64,000 bases of DNA from Clostridia bacterium (GTDB lineage Bacteria; Bacillota; Clostridia; Oscillospirales; CAG-272): contig JAFSAM010000077.1 in the NCBI GenBank assembly GCA_017441005.1, positions 6,443-70,442 on the forward strand, written 5' to 3'. A program made the position numbers and the translations under genes. Under the pieces are notes generated by a model. It was not told the DNA's origin and did no database searches. It saw only the letters and a list, made by a program, of their open reading frames with translations. Positions 56,244 through 64,000 of the stretch are shown here, piece after piece. Numbering within the stretch: the stretch's first letter is position 1; each line of letters opens with the position of its first letter.

Positions 56244-56329
56244 ATTCTTATAATGTTGTTTGTATTTTAACAAAATCAATGTACCGAATTCGGTTCATTG
56301 ATTGTTAGAAGTAAAAAAAACAAAAAATA

Positions 56330-56379
56330 TTGGACACATCATAAGGATAAACTCCAAAATGATGTGTCCAACTTTTTTG
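56330..56379 (+). terminator. H-family conserved hairpin, copy H7
   Basis: TTGGACACATCAT (56330-42), loop 'aaggataaactccaaa', ATGATGTGTCCAA (56359-71), then T6. Confidence 0.85.
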
Positions 56380-56383
56380 TTAT

Positions 56384-58237
56384 TTAATTAGTTGCAAGTT
56401 TTCTTTGCTTACTTTCTTTCCTTAAAAAAAGTAGGTTTCCTATTGAGCATTTTGCGTTGCCGTAAAGGTGGGGGAGCGAGTCTGCGCCTACTGTGGAGAG
56501 AACGTCAAATCTAACATATCTTGCTTGTGTGTTTTCAAATGTAACGACGGTTTCACCGCCAAAAGTGCGAAAAATACCGTCTGCTTTTTTTTCGTACTTT
56601 GTTCCGTCAATGCTCGTATATATGGCAAAGGCGGTTGGGAGAGTTGCTGTGTAATCATCTTCACGCCATTTTGTGCGAAGTTCGGGTTGGGTTTTCGGAG
56701 GCTTTTCAACCGGTCTTGGATAGTACCCAATTGCACTGACCGTATGCAATTGTTGCATATCGATTACAATTGATGCTTTGGTGTTCTTTCCTTCCCATAC
56801 GTTGTATACGTCTCCTTCAATGGCGGCAGAGGCATCTTCGCCTGTGAGTATATCAACTGCTGTTGCGTTGCTTAGGTCTATGGCGGATAGTTTTGATTCG
56901 GTATATTTGTCAAATTTACGTCCCGTCCATACGGGCATCGACCAAGTTCTTTTGCCCTCACCGTCTACAAAACGCAGATAGAAATACCGTGCGGTATCTG
57001 ACTGTATTTCAAAATCAAAACTTGAAGAAATATTTGTTGTTTTCAGCAAAGTCTTTCCACCGTCGGATATAACGGCACATTCAACGGGAACTGTCATTTC
57101 ATCTTTTGTAAAATATGAAAGTTCAACGTGGAATCGGTAGGTGTTTGCATAATCAAGGTCGGCGGGAGCGGCTTTTCCATTTACGGTATATCGAAGTTTT
57201 ACGTTTCCGCTTTCGGTTGCATAAAACCTATTATTGCGGAGAGCATCGATAAATGCTTCTCGACTCTTTTCTCGAGCGAGTAAAACCGTTTTCGCTCTCA
57301 TAAAACCGTATCCTCTTTCAGGGCCGTGGGAGTCTGTCGATGCGACTGAACTTACACGAAAGCCGCTATCCAGTGCAAGTGAATAGTTAAATTCATGCAT
57401 AAGATTTTCCCCGATAGCTCTGCCGTTAATCGTTTCGATTCCTCGGACAGCATGTATCATTTCGGGAGTATTGTTTTTATGAAAACAGAAATTCCAGATT
57501 CCCTTATGTCCGATTCCCACTGTACAAGGATGGGCAAAAATTGCGATGGGGGCGGGAGAAGTGCTTATACATTCAAAGAACGGTTTCCAAGAATCTGCAG
57601 AAATATATCCATCTGTGTTGAAAGTAACGATTTCTCCGGAATTTTTGTGAAGAACACCAAAACGGTCGTTTTCCAAAACCGTTACCTCCGATTCTGCTCC
57701 CGGAAGCATAATCACAACGTTCGGCTCTGCTTTTTCGATTTCTACAAAATTGCGGAAGAACTCTGTATCGTTGAGTACGATTGCATGGTCGGACATAACG
57801 CAGAAATCAAGAAGACCTTCGTTTTTGATTTGTTTGATAAAATCACGCTGGAACTCTGACGTGCGGTTGATAAATTCTTCGTGATTATGAATTTTGGTAG
57901 TGTGATTATGAAGGTCGCCTATATAGTAGTTTAATTTATCGTCAGAACTTGCTTTTTTGTTCTCGGTTACCGTTACGAAGCAGGTGTATTGAACACCGCC
58001 CATCGTTGCACTTACGGTTGCATTTCCAACCTTTTTCAATATAAGCAGAACACCGTTGTTGAAGCACATCGGTTCATTACCAGAGAAGGAGTGAAGTGAG
58101 ACTGCATCTGAATCGGATTCCCATTTTATATCTGCTTTGGCCAACTCATTATGTTTTTCGCTGTCAAAACCTATGTGGAGCGGTAACACATCTCCTACAA
58201 ACGATGTTATGTGATTTTGGGATAATGAAACAGTCAT
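56384..58237 (-). CDS. PHP/CehA-like metallo-hydrolase with N-terminal Ig-like region and C-terminal discoidin (F5/8 type C)-like domain
   Basis: MTVSLSQNHITSF... after a TAGGAGGA RBS at the ATG 58237. Motifs 'GDLHNHT' and 'ASTDSHG'. The C-terminal ~150 aa are discoidin-like. The last 12 codons (RKESKQRKLATN) are encoded by a dispersed repeat module. Confidence 0.7.
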   Translation of the reverse strand: MTVSLSQNHITSFVGDVLPLHIGFDSEKHNELAKADIKWESDSDAVSLHSFSGNEPMCFNNGVLLILKKVGNATVSATMGGVQYTCFVTVTENKKASSDDKLNYYIGDLHNHTTKIHNHEEFINRTSEFQRDFIKQIKNEGLLDFCVMSDHAIVLNDTEFFRNFVEIEKAEPNVVIMLPGAESEVTVLENDRFGVLHKNSGEIVTFNTDGYISADSWKPFFECISTSPAPIAIFAHPCTVGIGHKGIWNFCFHKNNTPEMIHAVRGIETINGRAIGENLMHEFNYSLALDSGFRVSSVASTDSHGPERGYGFMRAKTVLLAREKSREAFIDALRNNRFYATESGNVKLRYTVNGKAAPADLDYANTYRFHVELSYFTKDEMTVPVECAVISDGGKTLLKTTNISSSFDFEIQSDTARYFYLRFVDGEGKRTWSMPVWTGRKFDKYTESKLSAIDLSNATAVDILTGEDASAAIEGDVYNVWEGKNTKASIVIDMQQLHTVSAIGYYPRPVEKPPKTQPELRTKWREDDYTATLPTAFAIYTSIDGTKYEKKADGIFRTFGGETVVTFENTQARYVRFDVLSTVGADSLPHLYGNAKCSIGNLLFLRKESKQRKLATN

Positions 58238-58354
58238 AAAAATCCTCCTATGCAAATCTGTCTGTATTTTATCACAATGTATGGTTTTTGTAAAGGGAAA
58301 AAGATAGGGCAAGCACGCTGTTGTCGAGTATGTAATAACACTTTGCAAGATAAC

Positions 58355-58462
58355 ATTTTTGCGTTGTTTTCCTTTTAAACCGAGGCTTTTCATCAACTTT
58401 TGAACTGTCTTGTGGTTAAGAACATAGCCTTTGTATGATATCAATCGTATAAACGTATACAA
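58355..58462 (-). pseudogene. IS3-family transposase (OrfB) remnant
   Basis: 'SYKGYVLNHKTVQKLMKSLGLKGKQRK' matches the conserved 'G..VNHKRV.RLM.ELGL..R.R' segment of IS3-family OrfB. Only about 36 codons remain, and they are read in frame into the long track ORF 56384-58462. Confidence 0.5.
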
Positions 58463-58536
58463 AATAATGTGTTGACAAAAAAGTATAAATCGTTTATACT
58501 TTTTTAAATTAATTAAAAAACGGAGGCTGTTGTTTA

Positions 58537-59193
58537 ATGATAAACATTTTTTTGATTTTTGGTGACAGCTATTCTGCCCACAAAAGCTATATACCTAATG
58601 ACCATGATTTTTATTATTGCGATGAAGGCGGCGATTGGGGGGAGCCGGTTACAAAAATGTATGCAGACCAAATGTGGTGGGGACATCTCATTAAAAATAC
58701 TGATGCCAAGCTTATACGTAACGATAGTTGGTCGGGGGCTGCGATAGGATATACCGGTTATTCAGGAGATTGTTCGGAAACATCATCTTTTATTTGCAGG
58801 TATCATAAACTTGCAGAAACAGGTTTTTTTAATGAAAATCATATTGATACGATACTTATTTTTGGGGGAACAAACGATAGTTGGTGTCAAGCGCCTATAG
58901 GCGAAGAAAAATATTCTGATTGGGAAAAAGAAGATCTTTTTTCGGCATTACCCGCTATTTGTTATTTTATTGATGTACTGAAAAAAGATCACCCGGACAA
59001 GAGAATCATATTTTTGATAAACTGTGATTCGATAAAAACTGAAATAATTGAATGTATAAAAAATGCTTCAAAGCGGATAGGAATTGAGTTTGTAGAATTA
59101 AAAAATATTGATAAACTCACAAAACATCCGACGGTGACGGGTATGGAGCAAATATATTGTCAGCTGATGGCATATTTAAAAAGCCAAAATTGA
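58537..59193 (+). CDS. SGNH/GDSL hydrolase family protein
   Basis: 'IFLIFGDSYS' block I and 'FGGTNDS' block III. No signal peptide. Confidence 0.75.
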   Translation: MINIFLIFGDSYSAHKSYIPNDHDFYYCDEGGDWGEPVTKMYADQMWWGHLIKNTDAKLIRNDSWSGAAIGYTGYSGDCSETSSFICRYHKLAETGFFNENHIDTILIFGGTNDSWCQAPIGEEKYSDWEKEDLFSALPAICYFIDVLKKDHPDKRIIFLINCDSIKTEIIECIKNASKRIGIEFVELKNIDKLTKHPTVTGMEQIYCQLMAYLKSQN

Positions 59194-59376
59194 CAGTTAT
59201 ATAAGCTGAATGGCAAAATAGTTCAAAAACTCAAATTAATGCGGCAAAATAGTTTATTGAAAAAAACTTCGATTTAGATTACTATAAAGCAGGTATGCTT
59301 GATATTGTGCAGAAACACAACACAATGATTTAATAGTATGCCAACAGTAATAATTATTGGTGTATGGAGAAGTGTT

Positions 59377-61212
59377 ATGAAGAAATTTTTATCATTTTTT
59401 CTGATCTTTGTATTGATGTTAAGTTTGGGTTGCAATCTTATTTCCTGTCAAAAGGTAGAAAAACAAAACTCCGGTAATGATAATGAAACCGAATCAAAAA
59501 ATAACACAAGTGAAGAAAAAGAACCGACGGTATTTCTCGATAGTCTTACTCTTGATGACGAAAGATACACGATAGGAGAATTTAAAAAGAACGTTTTTGA
59601 ATATAAAGTATCCCTCCCGGACGGAAGACCGACCGTACCCAGAGTAAATGCAGCTGCCCCCGATGGCTGTGTAGTTAAGATAAGTCAGGCAGCTATTCCC
59701 GATAGCGCAACCTCCGGTAAGGCTACGGTTACAGTAACAAACGCTAAGGGGGAGAGCTCAGCTTATACGGTTATATTTGAGCGTAGTATAGAGAACGGGT
59801 TTGTCCTGCAGTACGATGACAGATGGGTGTTTAATACGGGGTATCACAACGACACGGGGGATGGTTATGTTTACGAATCAAGCAATCCCGACATAATTTC
59901 TATTGACGAAAACGGTATTTTGAGGGCAAACAAGGTTTCTGATGAGGAGGTTACTCTTACCGCCAAGCAGGGAACTGCGATAAAGGCGACTTTGGTTGTT
60001 GATAGGGTAGAAAAGGCTCATATAAATTTGTTTTTTATAACCGGTCAATCCAACGGTCAGGGACATTATGATTCATCAAACTGGGGCACCGGAGTTGCGC
60101 ACCTGATTTCTCACGAAGAACAACTTGAAAACGTAGAGGAAATAGGTGGGGAAGGAAGAGTATACAGCTATGATGTGTTCCCACGTCCCGAAAATAAAGA
60201 AGTTTACAGTCTTAAGGGAAAGATTTACGATATGGCAACCGTATCAAAGCAGGGGCATCAAAACTCTCTCGGTAAGACGTATTATGAGCTTTCGGGTGAA
60301 AAGGTAGTGTTTTTACAGTCATCTTATGGTGGCGCTCCCATTGAATCATGGTTAGATATAAAAAGACATAAAGACATTGTGGGAAGCTATGACCAGCACT
60401 ATTTTTATGCCGAAACACGTTCTGCATACAACAAGCTTGTAAAGTTGCTTGAAGAAAATTATGAAATTGTTTGCACCGCAAATTTCTGGTGCCAAGGTGA
60501 AACCGCAATGACTGCGATTTACGACAGAAATCTTACCACTTACCTTCACCCAAGTAATGATGGGTTCAAAACAAGCAATTTAATGACCGATGAAAAATAT
60601 TACAATTACTTTATGATGATGCACGAAGATATGAAAGAGGACTTCGGGCTTGAATATAATTGTATTATGTTTGTAAGATCAAGGGGAGGCGTAAGCAAGA
60701 GTGCCGTTGTTCCTATTATTTCAGCTCAGTTCGCGCTTTGCAATAACAACGACGATATAATTGTTGCTACAAGAACGTTTGCTGAAATAGGTACGATGTA
60801 TGGAAGCGGTGACAAAAATAAAGAGGGGTACGGCTTTATCGGAACGGATGATACCCACTATAACCAGATAGGCTATAATTATCACGGAAAAGAGGCGGCA
60901 ACAAACGCATTTAATGCTATTTTTGGAGTTGCGACAAATACCTGCGAGGGCGTGGAAATCATAGCCAATAACGGCATAGACAGACTTGATTCTACAAAGA
61001 TTATTACCTTGAAAGCGGGAAAAGAACAAAGAATAGGCGCACTTTGTTTGCCGCATTATATTAATGAAAGTATTATGTGGACATCAAGTGATGAGAGCGT
61101 GGCGACCGTAGATAAATTCGGTAAGATTACGGCAGTGGGCGCAGGTAACGCTGTAATTACTGCAACGGCTTCAAGCGGAAAGATGCAATCCGTTAACGTC
61201 AAAGTTAATTAA
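59377..61212 (+). CDS. lipoprotein: SASA-family (sialate O-acetylesterase-like) carbohydrate esterase with Big_2 domains
   Basis: Lipobox 'MLSLGC'. 'FFITGQSNGQGH' (GQSN motif). Big_2-like 'YESSNPDIISIDENGILRA' and C-terminal 'WTSSDESVATVDKFGKITAVGAGNAVITA'. Confidence 0.7.
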   Translation: MKKFLSFFLIFVLMLSLGCNLISCQKVEKQNSGNDNETESKNNTSEEKEPTVFLDSLTLDDERYTIGEFKKNVFEYKVSLPDGRPTVPRVNAAAPDGCVVKISQAAIPDSATSGKATVTVTNAKGESSAYTVIFERSIENGFVLQYDDRWVFNTGYHNDTGDGYVYESSNPDIISIDENGILRANKVSDEEVTLTAKQGTAIKATLVVDRVEKAHINLFFITGQSNGQGHYDSSNWGTGVAHLISHEEQLENVEEIGGEGRVYSYDVFPRPENKEVYSLKGKIYDMATVSKQGHQNSLGKTYYELSGEKVVFLQSSYGGAPIESWLDIKRHKDIVGSYDQHYFYAETRSAYNKLVKLLEENYEIVCTANFWCQGETAMTAIYDRNLTTYLHPSNDGFKTSNLMTDEKYYNYFMMMHEDMKEDFGLEYNCIMFVRSRGGVSKSAVVPIISAQFALCNNNDDIIVATRTFAEIGTMYGSGDKNKEGYGFIGTDDTHYNQIGYNYHGKEAATNAFNAIFGVATNTCEGVEIIANNGIDRLDSTKIITLKAGKEQRIGALCLPHYINESIMWTSSDESVATVDKFGKITAVGAGNAVITATASSGKMQSVNVKVN

Positions 61213-61226
61213 TAGGAAATAGGAAT

Positions 61227-61272
61227 AAAGGACACATCATCAGGAAAAACCAAAATGATGTGTCCTTTTTTT
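61227..61272 (+). terminator. H-family conserved hairpin, copy H8
   Basis: AAAGGACACATCAT (61227-40), loop 'caggaaaaaccaaa', ATGATGTGTCCTTT, then T7. Confidence 0.85.
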
Positions 61273-61306
61273 GGGGGGATTCAACAGCGGTGTCCGATGG
61301 ACAAGT

Positions 61307-62092
61307 TTATTTTTTCATTAATTCGTTTTTCAGGTTTATCGGTGGAATGCCGAAAAAATCTTTAAATACCTTTGAAAAATAACCGTAGTTTTCATATCCC
61401 AAGCACAATGCTATTTCGGTTAATGACATAGCATCGTTCGTAAGCATATTTTTTGCGAGTGTGACTTTTTGCTTGTTGATAAACTCCGAAACCGTCATAC
61501 CGAGTTCTCTTTTGAAAAGCTTTGCAGTATATTCCTTTGTAACGTGCAGAAATTGGCTTATGTCAGAGAGCGACAAGGATTGTGTTATGTTGTCATTGAT
61601 ATATTTAATTGCATTTAAGACGTGAATGTTTTTTGTTGAATAATTCATAGAGTCGAACAGCTCGGCAAGCACGCAGTTAAAAAGATTCGGCAGGATTGTG
61701 TTGACTTTGCTGTTGCCATATGAGGGGGATGTCAGATGGTCAGCTGCTCTGTAATACGTGTACGGATATACCTCGAGCAGTTTTCTTATGGTTTGATTGA
61801 CTGCATTTTTGAAAAACAGATTTGATGGTATGTCGTTTCCTTTTGTGGTTGTGTAATTAAATATAACGTAGTGAGCTAATCCTTCGCTGGGAAACCTTTT
61901 TCTGACAGTTCCTGGTACCAGAAGCATAGCATCATTTGGGTGAAGAACAACCTCTTCCCCATTTACTATATAAGTTATTGTTCCTTCCAAAACAAAGGTG
62001 AGATGATAAAAGTTTATTTTTGCGGTTTCAATCTTTTTGTGTTTGTATCCCTTGTGGTTGCAAAAATAAGAAAAATTTTTTACGGTATACAC
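61307..62092 (-). CDS. AraC family transcriptional regulator (paralog of 43689-44477; divergent from P-family paralog 4)
   Basis: Aligns along its length with the 43689 regulator: 'INFYHLTFVLEGTITYIVNGEEVVL', 'AHYVIFNY', 'GYENYGYFSKVFKDFFGIPP'. GTG start at 62092, 8 nt after GGAGAA, by analogy with the paralog. The track start is 62179. Confidence 0.75.
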   Translation of the reverse strand: MYTVKNFSYFCNHKGYKHKKIETAKINFYHLTFVLEGTITYIVNGEEVVLHPNDAMLLVPGTVRKRFPSEGLAHYVIFNYTTTKGNDIPSNLFFKNAVNQTIRKLLEVYPYTYYRAADHLTSPSYGNSKVNTILPNLFNCVLAELFDSMNYSTKNIHVLNAIKYINDNITQSLSLSDISQFLHVTKEYTAKLFKRELGMTVSEFINKQKVTLAKNMLTNDAMSLTEIALCLGYENYGYFSKVFKDFFGIPPINLKNELMKK

Positions 62093-62271
62093 GATACGGT
62101 TTCTCCACAGATTAATATAGTATAAAAAACTGTAACCAACAGAATAATCTGGTTTATTGAAAAAGAGCTTTTCATACACTATTATATAGTAAAGATAAAA
62201 ATATTGTCAAGTATAAAATAATGAATGCCTTTTGAGTTAAACGTAAGTTTTTATAGCGGGAGGGGAATTAA

Positions 62272-63516
62272 ATGAAAAAGGTGTATTTTCTTTTATTGAT
62301 GCTTATATTTTTGTTTCTTGTTGTATCTTGTGGCAAAAAAGAAGAAAATTCAAAGGAGGAGATTACGGTGAAGGAGGAAATAAAAGAAACGGTTTTGGAG
62401 ACTGATAAAGAGGAAATCGATCTTCCTGTTGATCCCGATGATTATTTTAAATTGGTGACGTTTGAGCTTCCCGATGATTTCAGAAAAGCCGCGGTTGAGT
62501 ATATGCGTAAGCAGTCAAGTATAGCGTGGACTCCCGAAAAAACCTTTAAAACAGGAAGGCAAAACGAGAATTGGGGCTTTGAGCTGACATACGAAGAGGG
62601 AAAGGTTTATACAGGTCTTTTGTATTCCACAAGAAAGGCATCTGTTGACGAATTTCAGCTTACTCTCGCAAAAAATGGAGGCAAATACACCTCGGAAAAG
62701 TATGATTATAGCTTTCCCTTGGGGGTAGAATGCAACACGTCCATTACACATTCATTGCAGCAGTTTACAAATGCGGTGACAGGCAAAGCAGAAACACTTA
62801 TGCCCAGTTATGCGGACTTGTTCGGTGGCGTAGTAGTGGGCGAGTATACTGTTCCCGATGGGGTGCGCCAAACAGCAAAGATTATATCGGCAAATACTCC
62901 CGAGGTGATGTATCAGGCATATTCGCAGTTGGATGTGGGTGATATTATAATCACGAAAGATGAGGATAAAAAAGTAAACCATTTGAGAATGATTGTGGAA
63001 AAGCCGGTTGTTGTTACGACAGCGTCAGGTAAGATCAATCCAAACAGAAGCTATGTGGTTACTATAGAGCAGACAGATACTTTTGATAAAACAAGAACAG
63101 ACGGTGTAAATACAACGTGGTGGGTAGACCATCAATATACATTATCAAAGCTTCTTGAAAAGAACTACGTTCCCGTTTCGGTTGAGGCATACAGAACCGG
63201 AGTGGGGGTTGTTCCGTATATAGGGCTTGACACCGAGATTACGGCAGGAATACTCGAAAAAGGCACTCTTACGGGTACAATAACATCAAATTATCCTATC
63301 AGATTTATTCATATCAATCTTTATAAAAAAGACGGTACCCTTGTGAGCAACGTGGTCTATAACGGCGAATTTGATACGAGAAAAGTCAATTTGAGAAAAT
63401 ATGCTTCCGATATATTTACCGACGGTATGACCGAGGGAGAATATACTCTTGAAGTATTGGCGGGGGTAAGCCGCGGTTATGCGGAAATAGCGAAAGTAAA
63501 CTTTATATACGGGTAA
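62272..63516 (+). CDS. P-family lipoprotein, paralog 4
   Basis: Lipobox 'FLVVSCG'. Blocks 'SIAWTPEKTF', 'GVECNTSITHSLQQ', 'VNHLRMIVE', 'SYVVTIEQTDTFD' and 'TTWWVDHQYTL'. Confidence 0.8.
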   Translation: MKKVYFLLLMLIFLFLVVSCGKKEENSKEEITVKEEIKETVLETDKEEIDLPVDPDDYFKLVTFELPDDFRKAAVEYMRKQSSIAWTPEKTFKTGRQNENWGFELTYEEGKVYTGLLYSTRKASVDEFQLTLAKNGGKYTSEKYDYSFPLGVECNTSITHSLQQFTNAVTGKAETLMPSYADLFGGVVVGEYTVPDGVRQTAKIISANTPEVMYQAYSQLDVGDIIITKDEDKKVNHLRMIVEKPVVVTTASGKINPNRSYVVTIEQTDTFDKTRTDGVNTTWWVDHQYTLSKLLEKNYVPVSVEAYRTGVGVVPYIGLDTEITAGILEKGTLTGTITSNYPIRFIHINLYKKDGTLVSNVVYNGEFDTRKVNLRKYASDIFTDGMTEGEYTLEVLAGVSRGYAEIAKVNFIYG

Positions 63517-63539
63517 ATGTATTATAAGGATAAAAAATA

Positions 63540-63590
63540 TTGGACACATCATGGATAAAAACTCCAAAATGATGTGTCCAACTTTTTTTG
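63540..63590 (+). terminator. H-family conserved hairpin, copy H9
   Basis: TTGGACACATCAT, loop 'ggataaaaactccaaa', ATGATGTGTCCAA (63569-81), then T7. Confidence 0.85.
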
Positions 63591-63622
63591 AAAAAAATAA
63601 GGATATGGGGGAACCCATATCC

Positions 63623-63725
63623 TTAAAAATATGCTTTATTTGTTTGCGCTTTTCGAAACGCAACTGCAACAGCAACAGTCATACTTAGCCTGCGGGTTGT
63701 TGCCTGCAACCACGAGACCCATCAT
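63623..63725 (-). pseudogene. second copy of the small hydrophobic ORF, split by a 1-nt frameshift
   Basis: The ATG at 63725 gives MMGLVVAGNNPQAKY..., then changes frame. The conserved C-terminal half MTVAVAVAFRKAQTNKAYF* is readable from the ATG at 63682. A terminator hairpin GGATATGGG-GGA-ACCCATATCC (63601-63622) follows. Confidence 0.4.
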
Positions 63726-63726
63726 T

Positions 63727-64000
63727 TCAACTGCGGAAATTATAAAAATATTCCGAGGGCGAGCATCCGATATGCTTTTTGAATTCGGTGGAAAAATATT
63801 TATAATCCGTGTAGCCCGACATTAACGCGACTTCTTTGAGAGAATAATATTTTGTGGAAATCAATTCTGTGGCATACCGTATTCGGAGAAAAACAATATA
63901 TTTTTGAGGTGATTTTCCGTATTCTTTTTTAAAAAGCTTTCGGAAATATACTTCACTTACAAACGATTGATTTGCAATTTCACGTATAGACAAATTCGGC
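63727..64000 (-). CDS. AraC family transcriptional regulator, C-terminal part (N-terminus beyond window end)
   Basis: 'EVYFRKLFKKEYGKSPQKY' and 'GYTDYKYFSTEFKKHIGCSPSEY' double-HTH motifs. The frame is open to the window edge. Confidence 0.75.
   Translation of the reverse strand, partial: PNLSIREIANQSFVSEVYFRKLFKKEYGKSPQKYIVFLRIRYATELISTKYYSLKEVALMSGYTDYKYFSTEFKKHIGCSPSEYFYNFRS

Noticed and set aside
29248-63590. Integron-like cassette array with the H hairpins as attC sites
   Set aside because: No intI-type tyrosine recombinase or attI is present in the window. The hairpins are perfect stems with A/T tracts (terminator-like) and lack the extrahelical-base, R/L-box architecture of attC. Cassette genes also lie on both strands. 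The cassette-like layout is kept only as a description.

Overview
The window looks like a low-GC Firmicutes (Clostridia-like) chromosome segment. All calls rest on reading the sequence and ORF translations, with no database searches. Roughly 1-24 kb is core or housekeeping. It holds ftsK (3'-partial, minus strand, missing from the ORF track), uppP, a split TSUP permease pair, rplJ-rplL with promoter and leader, and tRNA-Ser(GGA). It also holds a three-gene FAD-dependent glycerol-3-phosphate dehydrogenase operon with a DeoR regulator, a radical SAM/SPASM gene, glgB, a Leu/Val/Phe-type dehydrogenase and an OmpR-type two-component system. From about 24 kb onward the window looks accessory. It contains repeated AraC-regulated modules built from Gfo/Idh/MocA oxidoreductases, SGNH and SASA-like esterases, xylose-isomerase-like TIM barrels and PHP hydrolases. 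It also contains four paralogs of an uncharacterised ~360-420 aa protein with a conserved Cys/His pair. A complete sortase-dependent pilus island is present: signal peptidase I, a 1612-aa LPxTG tip adhesin, a major pilin, a class C sortase, a minor pilin and a second sortase. The best candidate for a novel system is a retron on the minus strand at about 53.8-56.25 kb. It has an msr/msd region with 12-bp a1/a2 inverted repeats and a G directly after a1, and an RT with NAxxH, YCDD and VTG motifs. Its downstream 361-aa partner protein has no recognisable catalytic motif, a C-terminal wHTH-like region, and its own promoter and operator-like palindrome. The accessory half is punctuated by nine same-orientation copies of a conserved hairpin (GGACACATCAT-loop-ATGATGTGTCC with A/T tracts) that bracket the retron and other cassettes. 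Other repeats and remnants include a 145-bp repeat family flanking the pilus island, a 4 x 90-bp tandem hairpin array and a RAYT/IS200-like gene carrying a perfect 26-bp GC-rich inverted repeat inside its frame. There is also a frameshifted zinc-ribbon/DUF6883-like gene with a DUF4926-like partner, a conserved small ORF present twice, and an IS3 remnant.
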